Positions 39,401 to 52,025 of a DNA stretch of 64,000 nucleotides are shown in pieces; the first letter of the stretch is position 1; the number at the start of each line of letters is the position of its first letter. A program made the position numbers and the translations under genes. The notes beneath the pieces are model-generated. The model was not told the origin of the DNA. It saw only the letters and a list, made by a program, of their open reading frames with translations, and made no database searches. This stretch comes from Trichosphaerium sp. ATCC 40318 (lineage: Eukaryota; Protista; Tubulinea): the NCBI GenBank assembly GCA_038496445.1, contig JALMLS010000621.1, positions 112,064 through 176,063 of the forward strand, written 5' to 3'.

Positions 39401-42086
39401 ATCTAGAACTCCTACGTTCAGATACCTCGACCATGTCGGGCTGTTGTTGTGCCGGTTCTTCAAAAGTGACTCCGTTTGCGCCAAGTGGAGAACTCTCAAG
39501 TCGAGGCGCACTGTCCGGCATGCTAAGGGCGTGTTACAACCACATTTTAAGAAAAAAAAATTGCGCTAGCTGGTAGCGTCTGGGTGGTTGTTGTACATTG
39601 TCATCCTAAGAGAGTCTTGGAGCGTCTTTGTAATCACGTTCTTTGGGAGCTTTTTATAAGGTACACCGAGCATAGCGGATACGTGTTCCGAGAATCCCGA
39701 AGAGTCAGTCACAAACCTAACATATAATAAACACATGAACGCGGACAATAATGAAACTATACGATTCAGTGTCTTCCTGGGCTTTTTGGAAGCGTTCAGC
39801 AAGAGACATTGAGTTTGCTTCACGACCTATATGGGAAAGAAAAAAATGAGAATGGTAACACCACTGCAGTATAGTAAGACGTACGAATCGCAGAAGCTGC
39901 GATATCTGCCTCCTTAAAGTCCTCGTGAATTGTAGGGTACAAAATGCCAATATTTCTGTAATTTTCACACCAAGGATTAGCGCTTGGCCTCGCTTTGTTC
40001 TTATTTACAAGCTAAAACAGATGAATATATTAGTATATTTTTCATAAATAGAAAGAAAATAGTATTTCGAAAAAAAAGAAGAGCCTTGTGAGATAATGAA
40101 TAAATACCCTACCTGTTCGAACCGATATTCGGCGATTTGGTACAAGTTTTCAAGAGACCTTCTAGTCGCTTTGACGAGTAGTTCGTATGTTGATAACATT
40201 TCGTTTACCTTTACTAGAGTATTAGCCGTTTTACAAATCACCTTTTTTTTTTCTTGCACATAAACAATCCCGCTGAGGATCTTTTTCATTCTTTTTTTTG
40301 TTAATTCAAATACGTACGTGTGCGTTGGCTACACCGTATACGAGGAGGTTACCGCCCTCAGCCGCTACGGTTTTTGCCTTATCAACAATGTAAAGGAACT
40401 TTCCTAATTGTAGGACAAGGCCATGACATTTAATAAATTCAGCAGCTACAAAGTCTTTTCCTTTAAAGAAGCTTTCTAGTCCTGTGTTGTCCACAAAGAC
40501 ATTAGATAATGTCAACGGCTCGTCTCTTCCTTCATTAAGGACCTAGATAAATAGTTAAGCGTATGGGAGAGGCTGATTAGAATGTGGTAACGCGGCGTAC
40601 ATCAGGAACAATTGGATTGCCAGTTTTATCCATGAAACAACACGTTTGGATTGCTCTCGATTGTGCTGCCTTGTCTGTTCTAGAAAAGAAGGTTAGTTCA
40701 ATAGCCTCAAACAGGTAATAAAGAAGCGATTGCGTACCTTAGTTCTTGTACAAGTGACTGAACAGCTACGAGATATTGATGTGTTAATGGGCTCAGGTTA
40801 AAGAAGCATCTTGGCTCGTACCTTGATTTAGTTTATAGCGGTTATCTGGGAATACAACGTGCATTATTGGTGCATTAACAAGCACCTAGTTTCTTGTGTT
40901 AATGGGATAATTAGGATTTTTAGGCCTTACTTCAAGGAGCTTCCCTGATTTGGTGCCTAACACCTCTTTAAACTCTTTTCGTGTATTCTCGTTCCTTAGA
41001 GACAATAGAGAAGGAGCAACAGATACATCCTAAGCAAGGGCACTTTAAGAAATAAATGTAGGAATCAAACAATGCTTGCCTTGGTACTTCGGAAGATCCA
41101 GAACAGAAACTCTATACAATGCGACAATGCGTGCCGTACATTTCTTTCTAATTCTTTGAAAGCATCAAGTGCTGAAGCATTCGCCAACTCTTTTTCAATA
41201 TGAGGTAGCGTCATGTACTTTAGCTCTTGTCTGATCTCTAAACAAGAAATCAACATTCCAAGCTTTTTTTTTTCGTTTTCCTCAAATCCCGCGTACGAAG
41301 GTTTACTTGCTGCATCGTATGTTCGTGCAAGGGATAAGGATCAAAAAGAGTTGGATGAGAGATTATATTCTCGAGATATTGCACGCGTTTCGTGATCATG
41401 CTATGCGTGTCCCGTGTCGCTGGAGCTACAGATAATACTTCAGTCACCTTAGAAAAAGTTATTTCTCGGGCGCGTTTCTGGGATATGATGATGGCATAAC
41501 GGGCTTACCCATGTTTTAAATTCTTCGCAAAAGAGCGTCCATGGGTCATTTTTGTAGCCTTTTCCAAGGTATCTTTTGTGCCTCTTTTGTTGGTACAAGC
41601 CTGTTTGTTTTTAATTTAAAATAACGGGTTGCGTACACTGCGATTTTATGCACGAGTTTAAACGTTTGTAAGAAAACTCTAGCGTAGTGAAAAAATGTTT
41701 TCGAAAAACGTTTAAAAATAACGTACAAACTACTTTTACTATAGTTTCAGCAGATTCTCGCAAGTCACCCCTATTTTTAAGCGTTAATTTTTTAGTATGA
41801 ACAGACGCGAAATTTGAAAATGTAATGTTACCTGTGCTTGCTGCGGTTCATTTTTTCTATCCAAGTGGCGGCGTCAAAGTCGGTTATGCTTGCTTTATTT
41901 TTTGGTTTGTTTCCTTTGCTGTTCATGTCGATCTTGTCGCTCGTACCGCCAATATACTTGTTATAGCATTTCTATGGATTAGTCAATCCATTTTTCCGCC
42001 TGTACTAATCTAACCTGTATTTCTGTCATCATCTTCTTCTCAGCGCTCGTAAACGAGCGTATTATACGAATGTACTTCCACTCCAT
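36446..42086 (-). CDS. Large multi-exon protein with central ribonuclease-inhibitor-type leucine-rich repeats; flanking domains unidentified; could be two genes
   Basis: LRRs VDLSKNNLTHTG, INLWRNYIGDKGA, VDICENGITDVGA, INLGYNKITDTG and LRMSRNNFTAAG at ~38680-39245. Exon chain from ATG 42086. The junction near 41680 is ambiguous. Confidence 0.6.
38697..38742 (-). other. GC-AG intron
   Basis: Removing GCAAG...TTTTAG restores the LRR LRMSRNN|FTAAGIQDL. No suitable GT donor was found. Confidence 0.7.
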
Positions 42087-42264
42087 CTTTGCAGCTGTTA
42101 TCAAGAGCCAAAAAGCTCAAATAATCTAGCGATAAGTGTTGTGTTTATTCTGTCCCGTTTAGGGTTTATGTACTAGCTATTCAGATCGGTACGATGCTTT
42201 TGGTATTTGACCAAATGTGACGCGTACAAAAGTTCCTTTTTTTTCAGCGTAACTAGTAACAAAC

Positions 42265-42780
42265 ATGGGCGTACAAAAGACAACAACAAAGGAAGGTAAC
42301 GGCCCTATGCCAACAAAGGGTCAAAAAGTAACAGGTACACCTAAAATAAACCGGAGGCGCTTTATTTACTCACGCGGTTTAGTACACTGCACTGGTATCG
42401 TCAAAGCCACCCAAAAGAAGTTTTGGTCTACCAAAGATCCAGGTAACAACCTAAATGGCTCGAGAAGCTCCTAAACGTATAAAACTAGGTCAACAACCAT
42501 TCTCCTTCAATGTCGGTCTAGGAAAAGTAAAAACGCCTCTTGATGCATACATTTAACTCTCCTTTAGGTTATTAGAGGCTGGGACGAAGGTGTGTTGCAA
42601 ATGAAGCTAAACGAATGTGCCACTCTCGAAATGACTCCAGACTATGGATACGGCGCAGGCGGCTTTCCAGGTACCTCAAGAAGGCGAATTATCGCTAAAA
42701 ACTGACCATCTTCCTAAGCTTGGGGTATTCCACCAAACGCTGTCTTGATCTTCCACATTGAGCTAATCAAAATTGATTAA
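42265..42780 (+). CDS. FKBP12: FKBP-type peptidyl-prolyl isomerase, plant-like FKBP12, 5 exons
   Basis: Spliced product [110 protein letters not shown]. Confidence 0.95.
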
Positions 42781-43358
42781 AAAGTCCACAATAAAATTCT
42801 AACTGTCAAAGAAAAACGAATAAAGACACTTTTGGCCGTATGTAAGCACCCTTTTTTATACCAGCTAACATGCAGCTGTCCTTGGCAAAGCATTGTACTT
42901 TAGAAGTGAGATTACTACCTTAATCCTTTTTGACAATCACGCAAAGCGTGTCACATGTTTGGGTGGCGTGAGAACAATTAATAGCAATGCGAGGACAACT
43001 GAAACAAGCATGACAACTAAAAACACATTGCACTCAAAGTTAGAATACAGTGCAGTGGCGCACTAGGTGTAAATCAATAAATATCGTCACAACAAATACT
43101 TTGGTGGCGCAATAATGATAAATACAGGTTGCGTTGTACAGTTTGCAAGCTTTACGAATTTATTGAAGGGTTGACTTTACAAGTATATCCACCAAGGGTG
43201 GTTTACAAACCCAGAATTCTTAGCTTACAATGACGTCATTATCAAGTCAAAACCTTACGTAAGTCTTTGGAATTTCACAACAACATCGTATTTGAACTGT
43301 TTTTTTTTGGAACACACGACAATCTTTTTGGTTTTTTTTGGCTGTTAAAACTACCACT

Positions 43359-45908
43359 TTAGATAAATGGGTTTGTGCCTCCATTTTGTTGTTGTGGTTG
43401 TTGCTGTTGCTGGTAACCAAATTGGTTGGGTTGTTGGAATGGAGTTTGAACAAAGTTGTTTTGTGGTTGATCTGAGGGGCAGAAGTAAGAAAAACTAATT
43501 ATATACAGATACAGAGAAAAACTGAGAAACAATGAGAATGTGTGCCGTACTTGGATTTGTGTTGTAGATAGCTGGTTGGTTGCCACCGTAGTTAGCAGCA
43601 GGACCTGGGCTTGTGTTGAAGATACTATTCGCAGATCCAATACCAAATGGATTTTGTGCGCCTTGGTAGCCGGAATTGGCAGGGTGCGTCGAATCCTGTT
43701 GATCAACGATCAGTATAAAATCACAAAGAATAAGGAGACCACATAAAACTCGGTTTTTTTTTCTTCAAGATGACTTACCACAAACGGATTCTCGCTGAGC
43801 TTAGTATTCGCGAATTGGTTTGTAAAGTTGTTAAAACCAGTATCGTATAGCGTATTAGCCAAATCCTAAACACAAATTAGTACGATTAACCCACCTTTGG
43901 TTTCATAAAAACTAGCTTGCAAGAAAATGTAACAGCCCACTTACCTTTATGGTGCTGGCCTTTTCAGAGTAACTTTGTGCGATTTGGTTGGATTGTGCTG
44001 TGTCAGGGGCGAGAATATCAACAGCAGGTGCTGCGTTGTTGTCGGAGGCGAGAGTAGGGGTCTGATTGTTGTCAAAGCCAAACGGATCGAATAGCGCTGG
44101 GTTCTGAATTGGCGCAGTGTTCAATGATGCACCAAAGTCGATCATGCCGCCATTGCCAGCAGGTGCGCCTTCAGAAGAAGATTCCTCGTCTGATTCAGAT
44201 TCGTTCTTTTGATCATTGGCAGCAGGCATGCCTTCGAAACTACCTTCAATCGACTCTTCAAGCTCGTCGGCTTCAGGATCCTCAGCGACTTCAACGTCTT
44301 TGCCGTCATCCTTGCCACCTTGTAGCTTGTTAATGTGCTTTTGCATGGAATCCACAATCGATGTTTTCGCCTAAACAAAAAACGAGTAAGCTTCTTAATT
44401 TGTGAGCACAGAGGGAGGGAGGAGTTCAAATTGTGATTAGCAAACGGGTGGGAGGTGCAACAAAATATGAAGTGTACCTTTTTGATGTCGGGTAAACTGC
44501 GTGTAAAGTGCCGACCAACGTCGTATAGCGCAATCAATGCGTCTGTTTCACGAATAAATAATTTATAGACGTCTAGTGTTTTTTGTGCGGATTTCTTGCT
44601 CATGGACTCGAATCGATCTGTAATAACATTAATGTTGTCAGATAAAATCATCCGGGCGGCTACGAGAAAAAAAAAAAATGGGGTCGTTCCAAACGTACCC
44701 AACAAAGATACTATGCCTTCATTCAAAATACGGTACAATATTAGACTGTCTTTGAGGAGGAGAACGTAGGTCGTAACGATAAGGGCGTGTTGGGTAACAT
44801 GGTGTGACTTCATCTACAAGGGTGCAAATTTCAGATAAACAGAAAAACTCCGATACAAAGGGAAATAGACAGTTACTTCTTTACTGTCGCGCGAAAAACC
44901 AGACAAACAACTTGGATGCTCGAGTATGTCGCCATCATTATTTTTAAAAAGGAGAAGGAGAAGATTTCAAAGGTTGTTTGTGCATTTTAACAAGTTGTAA
45001 AATAAAATCCCATGCATCCCCAATACGGATAAACAGGGTAACAAGATACGTACCTTGCAATTCAAGAGAGCGTTGAGTTGTGACTGCAATTTAGGAATGC
45101 GTTTGAACGCTTGATCTAACTTTAGTTTCTTGCAAGCATCTGGTTGTTTTTCGAACTGAAATCCAAGCAAACGCAATACAGACACTTTTTCCTCCAAATA
45201 TTTTGCGTATTTGCGAATAAAGACGGTGATAACGTGTCCTAAAAACATATATGATTAAATTGGAGAATTTACCCACATTTTGGATTATTATAAAATCCAT
45301 TAAATTGCTTCACAATTTGCTAATATGCTTCGTTTTGGGGGTTTTCTCTACAATATAAACAAAAAAAAAAGCTAATGACAATTTTCGTAACCGCACCTTT
45401 CATGTTTGCTGCATTAAATCTGCGCAAGGCGAATATGTTGGTTGAGCGAGGTTTTAGGCTGTCAATGAAGGATTGATCGCCTTCACGGTAACATCGGTGG
45501 AAGATCTGCAAGGACTTCAAAACAACCTAAAAATCGCACTTAGACTACCTCTGTGGTTCCACAAAATCGTACCATCCAGTTAGATTTCTCCAAGCGACGA
45601 ACCAGACCTATTTTTGTGAGCTTGAAGACCTAACATAGATCGCTGCGAATATTAAACCTCGCGTGCGTGAGGTTGCTCGCTAAGGAGTTGCGGGGTAGCA
45701 TTTACGTACCTCTTATAATTTCTTGAATTGAATCATCCCTGTTAAACGTCTGTAACACAATACCTATTGGCTCAATTAGTAACTACTGGAGGAACGCTCA
45801 CACTGGTTTACTTCTGACGTGTTTTTCCTTAGGAGGTTTAGGGTTGCCCCGTGTAGCCTTCTTAATGGCTTTTTGTATCCTCCGTTTCTTGCCCTTGTGC
45901 GAAGACAT
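43359..45908 (-). CDS. AP180: ANTH-domain clathrin assembly protein (AP180/CALM family)
   Basis: KATRGNPKPPKEKHVR (PIP2 site), WMVVLKSLQIFHR, FIRKYAKYLEEK, LYRILNEGIVSLLDRF. Disordered tail with DPF and several NPF motifs, ending NPFI*. Confidence 0.92.
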
Positions 45909-46697
45909 GCTGTTTTGTAAAAAGCCCTGGACTAATAAAAAGCACAATAATCTTTAAGTCGGTCAAAACGCAGTCGCGCCAGGACTGAGAAGAGCTGAAG
46001 TCACTGTAGATACCTCATCATGGCTCAAATCGACGCGTACACCACCTACCAATCACCAGAGCTACAGCAAGCGCAACAAGAGATGCTCAATGCATTCAAT
46101 GAGGTAATTCATTACAAATTTGGTGTTGAGGTGGTATTTAAACTTATTGGTAGCTTCAAACAGAAATGATAGTGAAAAGAGCACAAACATGTACGTATTA
46201 TCAAACAGAATCATGTATGTAAGCGTTGATGGGAATTAATGTGGTGCAGATTGCTTCGACAAGTGCGTTGCACGTCCAGGACCCGAATTGCTGAAACATC
46301 AAGGCGACTGCATGCGCAATTGTACGTCGGTCTGGTTGGAGGCTCAAACTATTGTAGTGGGTGCATGGTAAGCGCAAATAATTGAACTGTTTTTGAGGTG
46401 ACATGTTACTAGGCATGATTACAATCAAAAGGCAATACTCACACCAGATATGTAAAAATAAACCCTTTTGAATACACTGTAGTGTCTGTCGCGCCGTTAT
46501 AGCAAAAAGAAAAAGAAGGATAAAAAAGCATCTCGTGGCAGTCCATTGACGCGTAGAGATTAGTAGAAACCCGCGTTTGGAGGTGTTTGTGAAAAAAACC
46601 AAAATATTTTATTGTGAAGCCCACAAAGTACAAAAAAAATTAGTTGCAGTGGGGTAGTGCGGTTTGTGGCGCAACGCTATTTGGGCAAGTATCATTC

Positions 46698-47750
<1,053 letters not shown>

Positions 47751-48297
47751 TCTACTCGGTGAGAAAAATTGCGAAAGTAATGGCATATGCAAGCGTACAT
47801 TGTAAAGTGTTGTATCGCGCTGGAATTACAGTGAAAGCAATGACTAAAAGTGACTTGGTGCCCAGTTTAAGCCAATACGAAACAAAGCATAAATCCAATG
47901 GACAAACAGCAACAATACGCTGAAACGCGAGCGCTGTTGTACAATTTAAACACTCAAGTAACGAATACTTTTTTGTAATGACACTAAACACGCGCCAAGG
48001 AATTAGCGAGTCTGGTAGACGTTATACGCGAAGTTAACACCAATGTTTCTGATGTAATCGAAGAAGCCTCTGATTTGACGTAAAACAACGTACATACGCT
48101 TGTATTTAACTATAGATGTAGCTTGTTATCATCTAAATGGCCTAAACTGTTAACGGAGTGGCGAACGATTGACGCCACAAACAAAAACTTGAACTAGTGA
48201 TGATCATTAGAACAGATATCAGTACAAACCTAGGCGCTCCGTGGTGGAATACTAAAAGTTTATGTGACACTTTTAAAATAAAATGTACAGGCACGAA

Positions 48298-48374
48298 TCA
48301 TATCGCCACGTCTTAGTGGCACACGTGTTAATAGTGCACGCATATTAGCAGTGCACGTGTTAGTGGTGAACGTG
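48298..48374 (-). repeat. Five degenerate 15-nt repeats spanning the permease stop codon
   Basis: Minus strand reads cacgttcaccactaa cacgtgcactgctaa ta tgcgtgcactattaa cacgtgtgccactaa gacgtggcgatatga. Confidence 0.75.
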
Positions 48375-50434
48375 AGTATCCTGCTTAAAGTAATACTTGT
48401 TCAAGAAGATAAAGGTCACACTGATAATCATAATCGCAAACCCTGCGAGTGCTAGGATTGCGGACAGCAACCTCTTTGGTTCGTAAAGGGATTGGTAGTC
48501 GTGCATTTTAAAATAAAACAGACCAGGGAGTATATAACAGATTGTTGTAGAGCCTGTTGCGCCAACTAAACCGAACACCTAGTTCGAAAAAAACAGAATA
48601 AGAGGAGGTGGTCTGATGTACAATAGGATCTGTTAAAAAAATCCTAGAAAGCTTAACGTACAAGTCCTAGATCTTGCACTCGCCATGCGATTGTAAACGT
48701 AATAGCGATGAGGCCAAGTGTAATACCAATGTGTTTGAGTACAGCATAGCCCTCGAGTTTGAAGATGCCTTTAAACAATAGGTTGTTGATACACCGCCTT
48801 GCTGGGTGTATCTGTAACGGGTACGAGAATATCACGAGAGATGCCAGCATGAAGCGTGCAATAGTTACTGGTAATGTTCCTGGATCTGTGTGGAGTGATA
48901 TATATATTAGTTTTATAAAGTGTGATGCATATCATAACATGATTGATGGTCATGGCTGTGACAGCGCTTGCCGTACATGACTTGATGATGTTAGAACTGA
49001 GGTCGTTGCCTATCGTCATGTAACCCAACAGTCCAATGACTAGGTACACCCAAAAACAACTGTATGCAGCTGCCCCTATGACGGTGTGCATGTGCCTTTA
49101 CACAAAATACATTAGCTAATCAATTTGTGCATATGGTAAAGCACACTACGTGTGGGCGCTTCCTTGGGTTTTCCTAGATATTAACGTACCATCCTGAACC
49201 GCGCTTGTGGCCCATCTCATTGTATATAGAGAAGAGCTAGAAAGTCAGGTGTCAGTTCATTTTTTTGTTGGATGATGACATGAGTCGTCCGTGCGTACAT
49301 TCTGGTGACAAGTAAATCCAAATACTATTATTGGCAGCACTGAAAAGTTTTCAGTGGAAAAGTGCCAGTAGCGCCATGAGCTCATAGGTGGCTTTCTTAT
49401 TGCATGGTTGTCTGAGAAGAGCCCTATTATTAAACCAAGCAAGTAAACGATGGACACTAGCGCTACGCCACTACATATACGTGTTAGTAATTGGGTGGAA
49501 GGAGGAGCAAACTTTTGAGATTCAAGTTGTTGTTACCTGGTGTATTTCAAATACGTCAGCTTAGGTGAGAACGCTAACGGTCCAACCAAGCAACCTAGTA
49601 GTATGCTTATCCAAAATAAACGATTGACTAATACGCCGTGTGCTCTAAGAGATGAAAACCGGATTAGATTGGCCAATCCATCTTGCGAGATTTTATGAAC
49701 GCGTACCCTAGCGCCTCACAAGCTTCTGGCAGTAATCCACCAACAACAATGAGGTACGATGTCGCTGTGCAATCGTTAGACATATGACATTCAGGCGCAG
49801 GCGTCTCTCATAAATAAGGCCAGTACTAGGTAAGGTACCAGTGCGAGTACAAAAAATCAAAAATGACTGCCCAACGTACCAACCCCACTGCATTTTATTG
49901 CCACAGCACCGTCAATGATTATACTAGCGAAAGGGTACGTCTATGTCAAATACATCAATACTTGGCCTAATAAATACAACTAGTTTTCTTACCACGGACG
50001 CGACTGCAAAGTAGCTGCTTTTCCCGGGTAGCTTGCTGGCGCAAACAGCGAGTAAATGCAATCCAAAAGACGCAGCAAACGCAGCCACGAGTATTAGCAC
50101 CGTTCCAAATATAATACCTGTCTTTGCAAACGCGAAAGGCATGCCTAGTTGAGAAATTAATCAATTAACTCCAAAACAGTCAATATCGCCTTTTACCTAA
50201 TACACCAGCACCAAGTATCGTGTTGGTAAGGTTCAAATACGAACTGGCAATGCCTGCAAACTTCTGTTGTTTTGGTTGTATGTCACCATTTACAGATATA
50301 CTAGTAGCATCTTGAAGGTGTACGGGGGAAGTATCACCTCTAAGATCATTGAAGCAAAATTAGAATGTCGTAAACGACATTTCCGCGTACTTGTCGTAGT
50401 CGCTCGTCAGAGGACTTGTTTCCGTTGAAGCCAT
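48360..50434 (-). CDS. Amino-acid permease of the Aa_trans/AAAP family (AVT5/6, SLC38-like)
   Basis: NLTNTILGAGVLGMPFAF, AVAIKCSGV, FGFTCHQN, FSYPLQIHPAR, VFGLVGATGSTTICYILPGLFY, with multiple TM segments. Confidence 0.9.
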
Positions 50435-50734
50435 TGTCGCTACAAATGGTATTATTATTTGTACTAACTTAGCGCAATCGCGGTTAAGTGTCAACGACTG
50501 CAGTGGTGAGGAAAGAGCGGCTGTAGTGATGGGAGGGAAAGATTATTTATTGTTAACACAAACTAAGTGAGTGTGTTTTGTGACACCAATCAGTATATTA
50601 TATTACGTTGTTATAATTACATTTAAAGTACATTATGCAGGTTTTCTTTCTGTGTAAATTTGTCAAAAATGGCTCGGTACAGCCGACATGCTACGCGCGC
50701 GTTTCAATGCGTCAGGATTAGCAAAAGGGACATA

Positions 50735-51884
50735 TCATTTGGAGGAATTGCCTGGGTTATTCGTTTCACGCTTGCCGTTAGTTTGTTTGTGAGCCCAATA
50801 GCCGCAACTACACGAACCCTAGAACGTGGGTGAACATCGAACCGATCTAATGTACTGCTGGGATTTAATAAGTGAACGCACCTCATTGAGTGGACAACCA
50901 ACTCGAAGCTCATTACGTGCATATCGTTCTACGCAGCGGAGCATGTGAGAAAATTTATTATCGTCAGCTAGCACCTTGAAGCACAGAGGGCACTTTAATG
51001 GAGTGTTGACGGGTGGCGGCTGCTGAAAAGGCACAAGAGGCGGGATTTGCTGTTGAGTGTGACTGGGAAAGGAGGGTGGGGCAAATGCGTGCCCGCGTCT
51101 GAAATTCGGCACTGGCTGCAGGGTTTGTGTTGGAAGTGCATTGTTTGTGTGATTTGCAAATGGCAATGGAGAATACAAGTGCTGAGAAATTTTAGGTAAC
51201 GTCGTTGGAGTTGGGAGCAGAGAGCAGTACGCTACAGGGATCATAAACAAATGGTGTCACGCGCTTTCTTTGTTGTTGTTGGGTGATAAATGGTTTTTTG
51301 TCGGCACAGAGTTAGAGTGGCGCAAAAGTAAAAAATAAAGGGGTACCCAAAGTGGATGAGGATGATGGCGTAGCGTTTGACGTTGTGGAATTGGATTGTT
51401 TGTTGGTGCCTTGTATCGTGAATGAGTGTCTGGTGCGCTGGGGTGAGTGTTGTATATCTAGAGGATCATTAGTCAACGGACGAGCACACGTGGTCTGAAA
51501 ATGCTGCGTTTGGTAAATTGCCTTATTTTCTTGCGACTAATTATTTGGATCAGTCTTTAAGGCAAAGTGTTACGTAATAGGCGTATGTATGGCGAAAATA
51601 AAGTAGGAAAATAAAAAAAATGAGAAACATGTCTATGTCTGGCATCTTTACCAAAACCCATCATTAGTAGCGCAAAATGTTTGTACATACCTCTACAAGG
51701 CAATGCATGCTTTACACAGCGCGCACAGGGTCTAAATGGAGAGCAGGCGGTATGCGATTCTCTACAATGCTTGCATGCGCGTTTCACTTGTTTTCGCTTG
51801 CGTTTTTTGCTGGTAGCTACAACTTTTTACTGTACGCTACTGGAATGTATTGATTGTGTTGGTACCTTCTGTGTTATCGGCCAT
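50735..51884 (-). CDS. Zn(II)2Cys6 binuclear-cluster transcription factor with Pro/Gln-rich middle and C-terminal Cys/His clusters
   Basis: KRKRKQVKRACKHCRESHTACSPFRPCARCVKHALPC; later CPLC...HMLRC and CPLNEGSCSCGYWAH. Start and end inferred from GT-AG junctions. Confidence 0.8.
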
Positions 51885-52025
51885 CGCATGCGCACATAAG
51901 GTTATGAGTTCTTAGCTAATTTGGAACAGCGCCAAGCTTAAGTTGGCTACTGCTAAATTGTACTGCGACTAATTGTTTTTCGAGTATCGCTTGTTGTCGA
52001 ATATAACTTTGGTAGTAAACTAGCA

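Noticed and set aside
41670-41730. Apparent in-frame TAG at an exon junction (stop-codon reassignment?)
   Set aside because: An alternative GTTTGT donor with a GAG acceptor restores the frame. Conserved genes end in TAA/TGA and have no internal stops.
46201-46633. ORFs between AP180 and IDI1
   Set aside because: Low-complexity UTR/intergenic composition with no motifs.
48195-48270. C-box-like GTGATGA (snoRNA?)
   Set aside because: No D box (CTGA) or terminal stem at a suitable distance.
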